From a plasmid, in sequence record CP052943.1: DNA of 45,985 nt; one strand, given 5' to 3'. Both the position numbers and the translations under genes were made by a program. Positions within the stretch are counted from its first letter, which is position 1. Each line of letters opens with the position of its first letter. This document shows, piece after piece, positions 37,030 to 45,933 of this stretch. The notes under the pieces were generated by a model that was not told where the DNA came from, searched no databases, and was given only the letters and a program-made list of their open reading frames with translations.

Positions 37030-37200
37030 ATGAAAATTAATGATGAACTCATTGAAAATTTATTGAAAGATAAATCAGGATTGCATCAAGAAAATACGAA
37101 AAACCTAACAAAAACGCTTGTTGAAAAATATAAAGATCCAAATACATCTCAAAAAACAAAAAAAGAAATTAGAGAGCTTTTTCGACGACTATATAAGTAA
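37030..37200 (+). CDS. Small hypothetical protein (57 aa)
   Basis: SD aaaaggagga then ATG 37030. Confidence 0.4.
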   Translation: MKINDELIENLLKDKSGLHQENTKNLTKTLVEKYKDPNTSQKTKKEIRELFRRLYK

Positions 37201-37332
37201 CGGGGAGAATAACTATAATAATTAGAAAAAGTTTGATTCTTTAATAAATCAACATTATGTGAAAAACGAACGAAAAGTCAGAAATAAATATTAGTATACT
37301 GATTAAATAAAAATAGATAAGGAGTGTGTAAT

Positions 37333-37521
37333 ATGAATACATTGAATACAGTATTGTTGCTAATAGGTTTATTTATTTTAACACCCTCAATGATGTATTT
37401 ATTTATTTATCATGTAGTTAATGCGACCGTTTCTTATCAAAAGTACAAAACTAAAACGAGTGTTTTTACAAATATAGAGGATGTAAAAAGATTAAATATA
37501 ATGTGCCTCAAAATTTATTAA
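37333..37521 (+). CDS. Small membrane peptide (62 aa)
   Basis: SD aaggagtg plus ATG 37333; TM VLLLIGLFILTPSMMYLFIY. Confidence 0.4.
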   Translation: MNTLNTVLLLIGLFILTPSMMYLFIYHVVNATVSYQKYKTKTSVFTNIEDVKRLNIMCLKIY

Positions 37522-37700
37522 AATCACAAGAAAGTCTAATAGAATATAAAGCGTTTGCTCACATGGGAGTTGCTTTTGGCTTACTTGTAATTGCTATTCC
37601 CTTACTATATATATGGTTAGAATTTTTAAAAGATTTCTTACCAACTTTAACTCAATAATTTTACGATATCAAAAACGAATGATTATAATTCAATGGAGTT

Positions 37701-37928
37701 TTGGTTATGAAAAGTAATAATAATTTAATTTTTAATATTATAGGTGTATTAGCTACATATTTTTACATTATTACGTTTAATATAGTTATATTATGGTTTT
37801 TATTATACTTGTTTAATAATCACTTTAAAGGTATTGAAATGTTTTTTTCTATTTTGTTAACTGCTATTACATTGATAGTAGCGATTGGTATGAACAAAAT
37901 ATTCTATAGAATTAACATAAAACATTAA
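37701..37928 (+). CDS. Small two-TM membrane protein (75 aa)
   Basis: Two hydrophobic helices; no recognisable motif. Confidence 0.4.
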   Translation: MVMKSNNNLIFNIIGVLATYFYIITFNIVILWFLLYLFNNHFKGIEMFFSILLTAITLIVAIGMNKIFYRINIKH

Positions 37929-37986
37929 TAAACTAAATGTAGTGCTAGTGGTTTAATATTTTCAAAATTAAAAAGGAGCTAATATT

Positions 37987-38379
37987 ATGAACTTAAAAAG
38001 ATACAAATATATAAGAAATAAGTTATTAGAGTTAATGAAAATAGATTTTGATAATTTAAAGCATAATTTCCCTAGATTAAATGAGGATAAAGTTGCTAAT
38101 AAGGTATATCGTAGAAATTCATCTCTTAATAAGATAATAAGCACCTATAAAAAGTATGAAGTATTCATTCCTCACGAAACACTAGTTCCTACAGCCATTC
38201 CATTATTTTTTAAAAGAGAAATGACTAATCCTGACTTGGAAAAAGTTGTGCAGGCTCGACGTTATATAGAAAAATACGCAGAATTGAATATGGAATTAGA
38301 ATTTTTGTCTAAAGATGAAGTTAAAAGACTTTTTGAAGAATTTACTAAAGAAAATGTGAAAAAAATGATAATAGATTAA
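37987..38379 (+). CDS. Hypothetical protein (130 aa)
   Basis: SD aaaaggagc plus ATG. Confidence 0.4.
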   Translation: MNLKRYKYIRNKLLELMKIDFDNLKHNFPRLNEDKVANKVYRRNSSLNKIISTYKKYEVFIPHETLVPTAIPLFFKREMTNPDLEKVVQARRYIEKYAELNMELEFLSKDEVKRLFEEFTKENVKKMIID

Positions 38380-38428
38380 TTATAAAGAAATATATATTTA
38401 GTGAAGAAGTACACACTAAGAAAAACCT

Positions 38429-39067
38429 ATGGAAATAAGCAAGATTCAAAATATCTGTATGAAAAGGGAGCGAAAATTTAATAATGAATTTTATATCAGA
38501 AAGGCGAAATTGATAATGACTAAAAATTATAGTTATATACCTAACAAAGAAAATTTATTTATTCTTCTTAAATCAGAATACGAAAATATAATAAGGCAAT
38601 TAAAACAAAATAAAGAAGTTCATTCTTTTGATAGAATAATTAAGGGAGCATTAGATGGTGTATGTTTAAATTTATTCTTAGATAATCATTATTGTAAATC
38701 AGAGGATATTTGTAGTGAGGCAGGGGAAAAAGAGTATAAAGAAGTAAAAGAAATAATATGTGAACGACTTGGTATAGACTCTAAACTTATTAGTTCTTCT
38801 GTTATGTGTTTTTCTATTTTTTTAAAAAAAGAATTTCAAAAAATAATTAATACTGTCAATAAATCGATCATACCCCAAAAAGTTATTAATACTTTTGAAT
38901 TGTTAATGTTAAAAACCGTATTTATTAAATTGGAATATATACAATTAGAAAAGTGTTCTTATCTATACTTTTTAGATGACGATTTAGAAATTATCTCAAA
39001 AAATACTATACCTACATCATATGCTAAACACATAACTGATATATACAACAATAAAGATTGGTTGTAA
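38429..39067 (+). CDS. Hypothetical protein (212 aa; start uncertain)
   Basis: Longest ORF; Cys-containing, no recognisable motif. Confidence 0.35.
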   Translation: MEISKIQNICMKRERKFNNEFYIRKAKLIMTKNYSYIPNKENLFILLKSEYENIIRQLKQNKEVHSFDRIIKGALDGVCLNLFLDNHYCKSEDICSEAGEKEYKEVKEIICERLGIDSKLISSSVMCFSIFLKKEFQKIINTVNKSIIPQKVINTFELLMLKTVFIKLEYIQLEKCSYLYFLDDDLEIISKNTIPTSYAKHITDIYNNKDWL

Positions 39068-39184
39068 TAAAAACGAACGTTTTTGAAACAGATAGGTAGC
39101 TAAGTAATAATGAATCTTTGTTTCATCGATTTTATCTCACATAAATTCATAAAAATAAAGCATTTTAAGACAACTTCTATTTTT

Positions 39185-39260
39185 TTTACTTACAAGTATC
39201 ATATCTTGTATTATTAACAAAATCTTATTTTATCTTTACTTCATGAGATATGATACAGTA
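39185..39260. promoter_or_regulatory. res-like site upstream of resolvase
   Basis: Palindrome tacaag tatcatat cttgta (39191-39210) and related tgagatatgataca (39244-39257). Confidence 0.45.
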
Positions 39261-39303
39261 ATAGTGAAACAAATAACAAAATTTAATAAAGCGTGGTGTA
39301 CAA

Positions 39304-39852
39304 ATGGCTAAAATTGGTTACGCTCGTGTTTCAACACAAGATCAAAGTTTAGATAGCCAAATCGATACTTTAAAAAACTTTGGCTGTTCAAAAATATTTA
39401 AAGAAAAAGTGAGTGGTCGAAAAACGAAAAGATCAGAGTTAGACAAATGTCTAGAGTATTTACGTGAAGGAGATACATTAGTTGTTTATAAACTTGATCG
39501 TTTAGGTCGAACAACAAAACAGTTAATAGAATTGGCTCAATGGTTAGAAAACAATAACATCGAATTACAGATTATTGATATGAATATCAATACTAAGGAT
39601 GCAATGGGAAAAATGTTTTTTACTATGATGAGTGCTTTTGCAGAACTCGAAGCCAATCTTTTAAGCGAACGTACTAAAAAGGGGCTTGCTTCTGCAAGAG
39701 CTAGAGGGCGCGTCGGTGGGCGTCCACCGATGCCTGATCATAAAAAAAGAGAAATTAAGTTCCTATATGATGAACAAAAAATGACTGGTGAACAAATAGC
39801 CGAAGCTACTGGCGTAAGTAGATCAACCGTATATCGTGTGGTTAAAAATTAA
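39304..39852 (+). CDS. Serine recombinase/resolvase (Sin/Bin/Res family)
   Basis: MAKIGYARVSTQDQSLDSQ catalytic Ser motif, C-terminal HTH GVSRSTVYRV. Confidence 0.85.
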   Translation: MAKIGYARVSTQDQSLDSQIDTLKNFGCSKIFKEKVSGRKTKRSELDKCLEYLREGDTLVVYKLDRLGRTTKQLIELAQWLENNNIELQIIDMNINTKDAMGKMFFTMMSAFAELEANLLSERTKKGLASARARGRVGGRPPMPDHKKREIKFLYDEQKMTGEQIAEATGVSRSTVYRVVKN

Positions 39853-39864
39853 AAGTATTGAAAG

Positions 39865-40647
39865 GTGTGTTTCCTGATGAATAAAAATTATTCATTAATA
39901 AAACGTCTTATTGTTCTTATATCAAGTGTACTCCTTTTTTATATTTTTATACATGCAAAATTTTTAGTTGATAGTATTAATGATATAACAAGCGACATTA
40001 TTTTAATTCTCATCGTTGCTGTATTTTATATGATATTTCTTAAATACGTGAAGAAACAAAATTTAATTACAGAAAAGTATATAAACACTGAAAACGGCAA
40101 CTGGCATTGGAAATTAACACTAATTTTTTTAGGACTTTTAGCTAATATATCTTTAGATTCTTACTTCAACTCAAATACTGAAAATCAAAAACTTGTAGAA
40201 AAGCAAAATACACACATAGATATTTCTACACAATTCGTTCACGATTGTCTTAATGCGGGTATTATTGAAGAAATATGCTTTAGAGGTCTTATATTCATTT
40301 TTATTTTTAGTATCTTTAATTACTTTTTTAATGAGAGAAAGTATCAAAATGATTGGCTGAGTATAACAATCTTCATATTAATTTCTTCCTTTATATTTGG
40401 AATGTTTCATGTAGTCTACAGTGGCGACTGGAATAACATAAGTGTATATATCATTAGTGGCTTTATATTCAGTTTATTATTAATTCTATCAAAAGATATA
40501 AAAGCATGTATAATATACCATATACTCACAAATACTTTTCCTATTCTTTACAATAACGACTTAGAATATATAAAAACACTAATAATAGCAGGTTTATTAC
40601 TAGTTTCTATTGCTTATGTATTAAGAAATATTAGAAAGATAATTTAA
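39865..40647 (+). CDS. CPBP-family (CAAX protease/Abi) intramembrane metalloprotease, second copy
   Basis: EEICFRGL and FGMFHV motifs, multi-TM. Confidence 0.65.
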   Translation: MCFLMNKNYSLIKRLIVLISSVLLFYIFIHAKFLVDSINDITSDIILILIVAVFYMIFLKYVKKQNLITEKYINTENGNWHWKLTLIFLGLLANISLDSYFNSNTENQKLVEKQNTHIDISTQFVHDCLNAGIIEEICFRGLIFIFIFSIFNYFFNERKYQNDWLSITIFILISSFIFGMFHVVYSGDWNNISVYIISGFIFSLLLILSKDIKACIIYHILTNTFPILYNNDLEYIKTLIIAGLLLVSIAYVLRNIRKII

Positions 40648-40680
40648 TAAAATTAAAAATAGCCCTTCAAAGTTAAAGGA

Positions 40681-41127
40681 CTAAATATAATCTTTTAAAT
40701 ATTTGTAGATAGACTTTGTAATATTTTTGATTTTTTTTAAGCAAACACCAATGAAAGTCATGATTGCAAATACAATAGTAATATGTACAAAAGAGACATT
40801 TAATAAAATCATGAACGAAATCATAATAAGTGGACCTATGATAATAGCATAGACTATAAGCACTGTTAAGATTATTCTTAACAAAAAGTCAGCTTTTGAG
40901 GAATTAAAGGAATCTAATATAACTGAAATTATAAATGCAAGAAATAAATCAATTCCTAACGTATAAAAATAGAAACGTAATGGATTAAGGATATCGGTTT
41001 CAGCAAATTTTTTATATAATGCCCCGAGTATTTGGCTAATCGTTCCTAATAAAGAATTTGTAAACCAAAATATTAATAGTATACATATGAATATAAAAAG
41101 AAATTGAACTATATTTTTCCATTTCAT
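40681..41127 (-). CDS. Four-TM membrane protein of unknown function, downstream of the PBP gene
   Basis: Hydrophobic profile. Confidence 0.45.
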   Translation of the reverse strand: MKWKNIVQFLFIFICILLIFWFTNSLLGTISQILGALYKKFAETDILNPLRFYFYTLGIDLFLAFIISVILDSFNSSKADFLLRIILTVLIVYAIIIGPLIMISFMILLNVSFVHITIVFAIMTFIGVCLKKIKNITKSIYKYLKDYI

Positions 41128-41218
41128 AAAATCAACTCCTTAACCTATATAACTATACTCAGTAAGAAAATGACGAGAACAACGTTAGTAAATGACGAAT
41201 CTCTATTCTATATCATAT

Positions 41219-42487
41219 TTATTTCCCTCTTTTCTTCACTATGAATAGAAATATACAAACTACAATAAAGACGATGCAGACGAACTTAAAAAAATTCTTT
41301 ATACCGTTAATAAAAGGGTGATGGGTATTACTACTCTTCATCTTATCCACATTAACATGTGGGTAATGACTCCCCTTTATAAATTTTCTTGGGTAAGATA
41401 CATAAACTTGATTATCTTTATTGACTTTGAGGGACCATTTATCCTTGTTCTTTGGAACGGTATCGTATAGATCTTTACTCACTGTTATTTCTTTGCCATC
41501 AATTTTATGTGTCCCTTTACTCATCACTTTTGTGTACGTATATTCTTTTCTTAAATCCTCTATCATGTGATTCGCAATCTGATTTCTCACATGCTTCGCT
41601 TGTTCACTCGGATAGGGTTTAACATCCAATATTGTGGCATTTAATCTCAAATGATCTTGATTATTCGTAAGGGCTATACTATACCCCTCATCACTCGTTC
41701 CTGTTTTTAATCCGTCAGTTCCTAAATATTCTTCGGGCTCTCCCTTTAACGATAAATTAGTGGTTTCGAAGTCTTGATTATACTGTTTACCATGCGTTAA
41801 CTTTGTATAATTTATAACCTCTGGGTGTTTTTTTAATAAACTATGTATCAACAAACTAATATCTTGAGATGTTGTTTTTGTCTTTGTCTCATCTTTATAT
41901 TTTTTAGGTTCGTAAGGTTTTAACAAATCATTAGATGCACCAGAGGGATTGGTAAAGTGGGTATGATTCATGCCTAACTTTTTTGCCTTTTCATTCATAC
42001 GATCTGTAAATTTTGAAGTTGAACCATCTATTTTTTCTCCTAATATTAATGTCGCTGGATTACTAGAAGCTAGTGAGACTTGTTTCATTATTTCATCTAT
42101 AGTATAGGTTTGTCCTTTTTTTAATTTAACCGTTGATAAATTAGGTAAGGTAGACATCTTTTCATAATCTGATGTTATTTTTATTTTTTGATCTTTACTA
42201 ATCTTTCCATTATTTAAAGCATCGAATGTTAAATAGAGAGTCATCAATTTCGTAATTGATGCTGGATCTGATGACGTTTCTCCACGATAATCATAAAGTA
42301 CTTGTCCGTTTTCATCGGTAATTGTCATTGCTTTAGGTTCATATTGTGAGCTTAAATTTAAACCTTGCTCATTTACATTTTGTATAGGGGATTGATGAAC
42401 ATCAGTTGCTTGAGCTATAGGACTCCCCATAATCAAAGTTGTTGCAATAAGACTTGTAGTTATGAATCCTAAACTAAATTTTTTCAT
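41219..42487 (-). CDS. PBP4-like low-molecular-weight penicillin-binding protein (S11-type transpeptidase/carboxypeptidase), plasmid paralog
   Basis: Signal peptide; SxxK (SITK), SxN (SSN), KTG (LKTGTSD); C-terminal TM anchor; clear colinearity with S. aureus PBP4 from memory. Confidence 0.75.
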   Translation of the reverse strand: MKKFSLGFITTSLIATTLIMGSPIAQATDVHQSPIQNVNEQGLNLSSQYEPKAMTITDENGQVLYDYRGETSSDPASITKLMTLYLTFDALNNGKISKDQKIKITSDYEKMSTLPNLSTVKLKKGQTYTIDEIMKQVSLASSNPATLILGEKIDGSTSKFTDRMNEKAKKLGMNHTHFTNPSGASNDLLKPYEPKKYKDETKTKTTSQDISLLIHSLLKKHPEVINYTKLTHGKQYNQDFETTNLSLKGEPEEYLGTDGLKTGTSDEGYSIALTNNQDHLRLNATILDVKPYPSEQAKHVRNQIANHMIEDLRKEYTYTKVMSKGTHKIDGKEITVSKDLYDTVPKNKDKWSLKVNKDNQVYVSYPRKFIKGSHYPHVNVDKMKSSNTHHPFINGIKNFFKFVCIVFIVVCIFLFIVKKRGK

Positions 42488-42551
42488 TCTTAAATTCTCC
42501 TCTTGTCTAAAATGTATTTTGAAATTTACTATTCAATTCTGCTGGCAATAA

Positions 42552-42589
42552 ATACACATACACATGTGTACTTACATGTGTATGTGTAT
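42552..42589. repeat. Perfect 16/6/16 palindrome ATACACATACACATGT gtactt ACATGTGTATGTGTAT
   Basis: Read directly; lies in the 263-bp gap between the PBP4-like start and the TnpB-like stop. Confidence 0.8.
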
Positions 42590-42750
42590 ACTCATATTTA
42601 TTCATGATTAAAAACACAATCGAAACAATGAGACATTCTAATCATATCATATGATGAATAATAGATTCCTTAGCGTCTATAAAAGTAGAACGCCCACTTA
42701 AATGAATTAGACATACAAATAATTATCTCAATTCTTTTAGAATAGTTTTT

Positions 42751-43476
42751 CTACTTTTTACCGGTTACATTATTCTCCCAAAATCTTTGAGCAATGTTGT
42801 ATGACGCTACAACGTTGTCGTTTGAGTTTTCATAGCCACAAGATTGACAATGAAAACGATTGTTTCTTGTCCTATTTTTCGTATTTTTATGGTTACATCT
42901 AGGACAAATTAAAGATGTAAACTGTTCATCTATTAGAACAATATCATCATAATCTTCAATTGCTTTATATAAACACTTATGTGTCATCGCAAAAACTTTT
43001 CCATAGATTGAGTCTCGTTCGTTAATACTACTTCCTTTACCTATAATAAAGACACGTGGATGAGGATATAATTCTAATAATTCTTTTATAACACTATTAA
43101 TATGCTTTTTTAATCCTTTTAAGAACTTCCTTTCAATTTTTCCTGCATCCATGTTTCTATCTGTTAAACGATTTTCATATTTAGTGATGATTCTTGAAAC
43201 TTCTTTACTCTGGTCTGTGTATATTTTTTTCATAGATAAATCGGATGCGCTTAGAAATTCGCTAGTTCCTATATCAATTCCCACAATTGTCGCCCAATAG
43301 TCGAAATAAAAATGATATAATTTAAGTGCGGTGGACAGTTTCACTTCTTTGATATAACTTATATCTTGTCTTAAACGTGATATTGTCTTTTGGTCGAGTC
43401 CAATATCACGTAGCTGTTCATCGCTTCCATGATTAATGACAAATTTTACCTTGTCATAATGTTTTTGTAGTAACAT
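42751..43476 (-). CDS. Miniature TnpB/OrfB-like protein (241 aa): RuvC-I GIDIG, TSxxCxxC zinc ribbon, RuvC-III-like DNVVASYNIA
   Basis: IVGIDIGTSE; FTSLICPRCNHKN...FHCQSCGYEN; NDNVVASYNIAQR. N-terminal region far too short for canonical TnpB WED/REC. Confidence 0.5.
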   Translation of the reverse strand: MLLQKHYDKVKFVINHGSDEQLRDIGLDQKTISRLRQDISYIKEVKLSTALKLYHFYFDYWATIVGIDIGTSEFLSASDLSMKKIYTDQSKEVSRIITKYENRLTDRNMDAGKIERKFLKGLKKHINSVIKELLELYPHPRVFIIGKGSSINERDSIYGKVFAMTHKCLYKAIEDYDDIVLIDEQFTSLICPRCNHKNTKNRTRNNRFHCQSCGYENSNDNVVASYNIAQRFWENNVTGKK

Positions 43477-43507
43477 CTAAACAACTCTCTTTCTTTTTAT
43501 GAAGTTT

Positions 43508-43738
43508 TTATCTTTGATTTCTATTTCTCACACTATATTTATGTTGATTATTAATAGCGTCTTTGATATTTCCATATAGCACACTCACGAAATTAATAAT
43601 TCCGTCTTGTAAACGATCACTGAATTTGCGTATTGTCAATACTGTCTTAATTAATATCCAACTAAATACGTACCATATTACTCTAATAATACTTACACCA
43701 ATAACCCCAACCAGAAACCCTATAATGATTGCTAACAT
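43508..43738 (-). CDS. Small two-TM membrane protein
   Basis: MLAIIIGFLVGVIGVSIIRVIWYVFSWILI; SD ggggtg. Confidence 0.35.
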   Translation of the reverse strand: MLAIIIGFLVGVIGVSIIRVIWYVFSWILIKTVLTIRKFSDRLQDGIINFVSVLYGNIKDAINNQHKYSVRNRNQR

Positions 43739-44230
43739 GTCAATACACCCCATTTCCTAACATATTTAATTTATTTTGCATCATAGAATATCATATATAC
43801 TCATTTGCTTTTCCAAAATATTGACACTCTTAATATTTGTAATATCTTCATTTCTTTGTACACTTTTATTTTCAATTTGCCACAATTTAATTGTATTCAT
43901 ATCTTTATACGGCTTCCCTAATACATCTTCTAAAAACCATTTAATATACTCTTTCAATTTAATTCCTCCAATTATACTCTTTTTTAAAAGTAGCTTATCT
44001 GAATTTGCTCATCATCTTGTTGTTGATAATAATTAATGTATATTCTTTCAACCTCATCCTTTGTCTGAGTAAATAAAGAATTACATTCTTCTTTACTCAA
44101 ACCATACATAACATCGATCATTGAGATCATGTTTGCTTTACTCATAAACAACCTCCTATATACCATCTACATTGTAGACGATTAATAATAGTTTTTCTTC
44201 TCTGCATAATTAGTGTAACATTTCTCATTC

Positions 44231-44280
44231 TCTACGTCTACATTACAGACGAAATATACTACATCTATAATATAGACGAA
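44231..44280. repeat. par-flanking repeat cluster (distal side): cgtctacattacagacgaa plus catctataatatagacgaa
   Basis: Same two motifs recur, inverted, at 45424-45541. Confidence 0.7.
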
Positions 44281-44304
44281 AAGAGTTTAGAAAGCCAATT
44301 TAAA

Positions 44305-44592
44305 TTAGCTTTCCTGCCCTTTTAATTCTTTATTTAAATATTTCTCATAGCGATCAGAATGATTGCTTTTAGCATAACTTTCAATGACTTCATCTAGCAT
44401 ATCGTAAGAGCTTGTTCTGTTTTCATCAGCTAAATCATTAAGTAACGCTCTCGTGTTTTTTTTTATAGCAACCGTTGTTCTATCTTTATAATAATCTGAT
44501 GCTCTTTTTTTTTCATTTTCAATTTTAGTATTTTTGGATTTATTTAATTGTTGTTGTATATTATGAAATTTATCAAACTTTTCTTTACTCAT
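44305..44592 (-). CDS. Small RHH centromere-binding partition protein (ParG/ParR-like)
   Basis: 95 aa, TTVAIKKNTRALLNDLA RHH-like; immediately downstream of parA. Confidence 0.55.
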   Translation of the reverse strand: MSKEKFDKFHNIQQQLNKSKNTKIENEKKRASDYYKDRTTVAIKKNTRALLNDLADENRTSSYDMLDEVIESYAKSNHSDRYEKYLNKELKGQES

Positions 44593-44603
44593 TAATCACA
44601 CCT

Positions 44604-45398
44604 CTATTCAGCTTCTAAAAATTTCTTAAAACTCTTCTGGTATTGATTATAAAATTCAATATGTTCTTTACGTTGATTTTCTTTTAGTTTCATTAAATGA
44701 TCTACTGATGTGCGTTTTACTGTAGCTCTAATAAATAATTCTTTTTCTTTAAAAGAAGTTAAATAATTATCAAATTCTTCCAACTCTTGAACAAATCTTC
44801 TAGAGCTTTCCGTATTATGCTTAATACGATTTCCTACTAGGTATAATTCAGCCGTTACATAAGATTTCATTGATATTGGATCAATAATCTCTTTAACACA
44901 TTGAGAATAACGTTCTAACGTATTACCTTTCGTTTCGTCATTATTTGCACCCGGCACATCTGGACTTATAATTTTATCACTGACAGCTACAGCGTTTCGA
45001 GTTGCTGTTCTGAAATCTGGATGTGTATCAATAATAATATAATCATACTGAGATATATTTAGATTATCTTTTAAATTCATAGTAACCCAAGTTAACAATT
45101 TAGTATCTGTGTTAGGTTGACTTATCACCCAATCTTCGGTTCTATCTAAGTAATAATCTCCAGTTATTAAGTCTATATTTTTTCGAACATTTTTAATTTC
45201 AACTTTTTCTCCAGTATATATTCCTTTTACTGTATTTTGTTGCTTATCACAATCAAATAATTGAGATATACTACATTGGTGGTCTTGATCTATAACTAAT
45301 ACATAATTATCTCTTTCTGAGAGGTATGTAGCAAAATTATATGCAATTGATGTTTTACCAACACCACCTTTTGTAGATACAAAAGAATATATTTCCAT
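44604..45398 (-). CDS. parA: ParA/Soj-family partition ATPase (type Ib)
   Basis: Deviant Walker A STKGGVGKTS; 264 aa. Confidence 0.85.
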   Translation of the reverse strand: MEIYSFVSTKGGVGKTSIAYNFATYLSERDNYVLVIDQDHQCSISQLFDCDKQQNTVKGIYTGEKVEIKNVRKNIDLITGDYYLDRTEDWVISQPNTDTKLLTWVTMNLKDNLNISQYDYIIIDTHPDFRTATRNAVAVSDKIISPDVPGANNDETKGNTLERYSQCVKEIIDPISMKSYVTAELYLVGNRIKHNTESSRRFVQELEEFDNYLTSFKEKELFIRATVKRTSVDHLMKLKENQRKEHIEFYNQYQKSFKKFLEAE

Positions 45399-45423
45399 TA
45401 TAAAGCCTCCTTTCTATTTATTT

Positions 45424-45541
45424 CATCTATAATATAGACGAATATTTATACTTTCACTTTATCATAGTCAAAAGAAATAGTCTACTTTATTCGTCTATAT
45501 TATAGATGTATTCCAATATATTCGTCTGTAATGTAGACGAA
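45424..45541. repeat. par-proximal repeat cluster / candidate centromere (parC-like) and divergent rep-par control region
   Basis: catctataatatagacgaa 45424-45442, its inverse 45490-45508, ttcgtctgtaatgtagacgaa 45521-45541. Confidence 0.65.
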
Positions 45542-45933
45542 TATAGTTAGATATGATATTATATGAACATAAAGGATAAAGGGAAATAGTAATTCTAGTT
45601 ACTTTATTACCTTAAATTTTATTTTTTTTATCAATGTTTTGTGCTAAAGTGAATGTATAAACTTAAAAAGACAACTGCGGTAACAGTTGTCCTTAAAATT
45701 AATTTATAGCTACAAAAGAAAAAAGCAAAGAAGCTATAATTTATTAGCTAAGAGCTAATAAGTAAAAAAACTATAATCTTTAAGCTAAGTTTTTTGTCGT
45801 CATATTTTAGTTGTACTTGTATTATAATTGTTATTTTTAATATTCGCAAGTACGATTTACGACTTTTTACTATCAAAAAGGTTATATAGCTTCTTTCTCT
45901 AATTGTTATAAACTTTATGAAAGGGGCTTTTTT

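Noticed and set aside
42751-43476. Interpretation of the 241-aa RuvC-like protein as a RuvC/YqgF Holliday-junction resolvase
   Set aside because: A C-terminal CxxC...CxxC zinc ribbon preceded by TS and followed by a D-x-N-A-A/S-x-N-I motif is characteristic of TnpB/Cas12, not RuvC/RuvX.
43563-44036. Plus-strand ORFs 43563..43760 and 43776..44036
   Set aside because: AT-rich, no SD, overlap or sit opposite a minus-strand membrane-protein ORF; likely non-coding.
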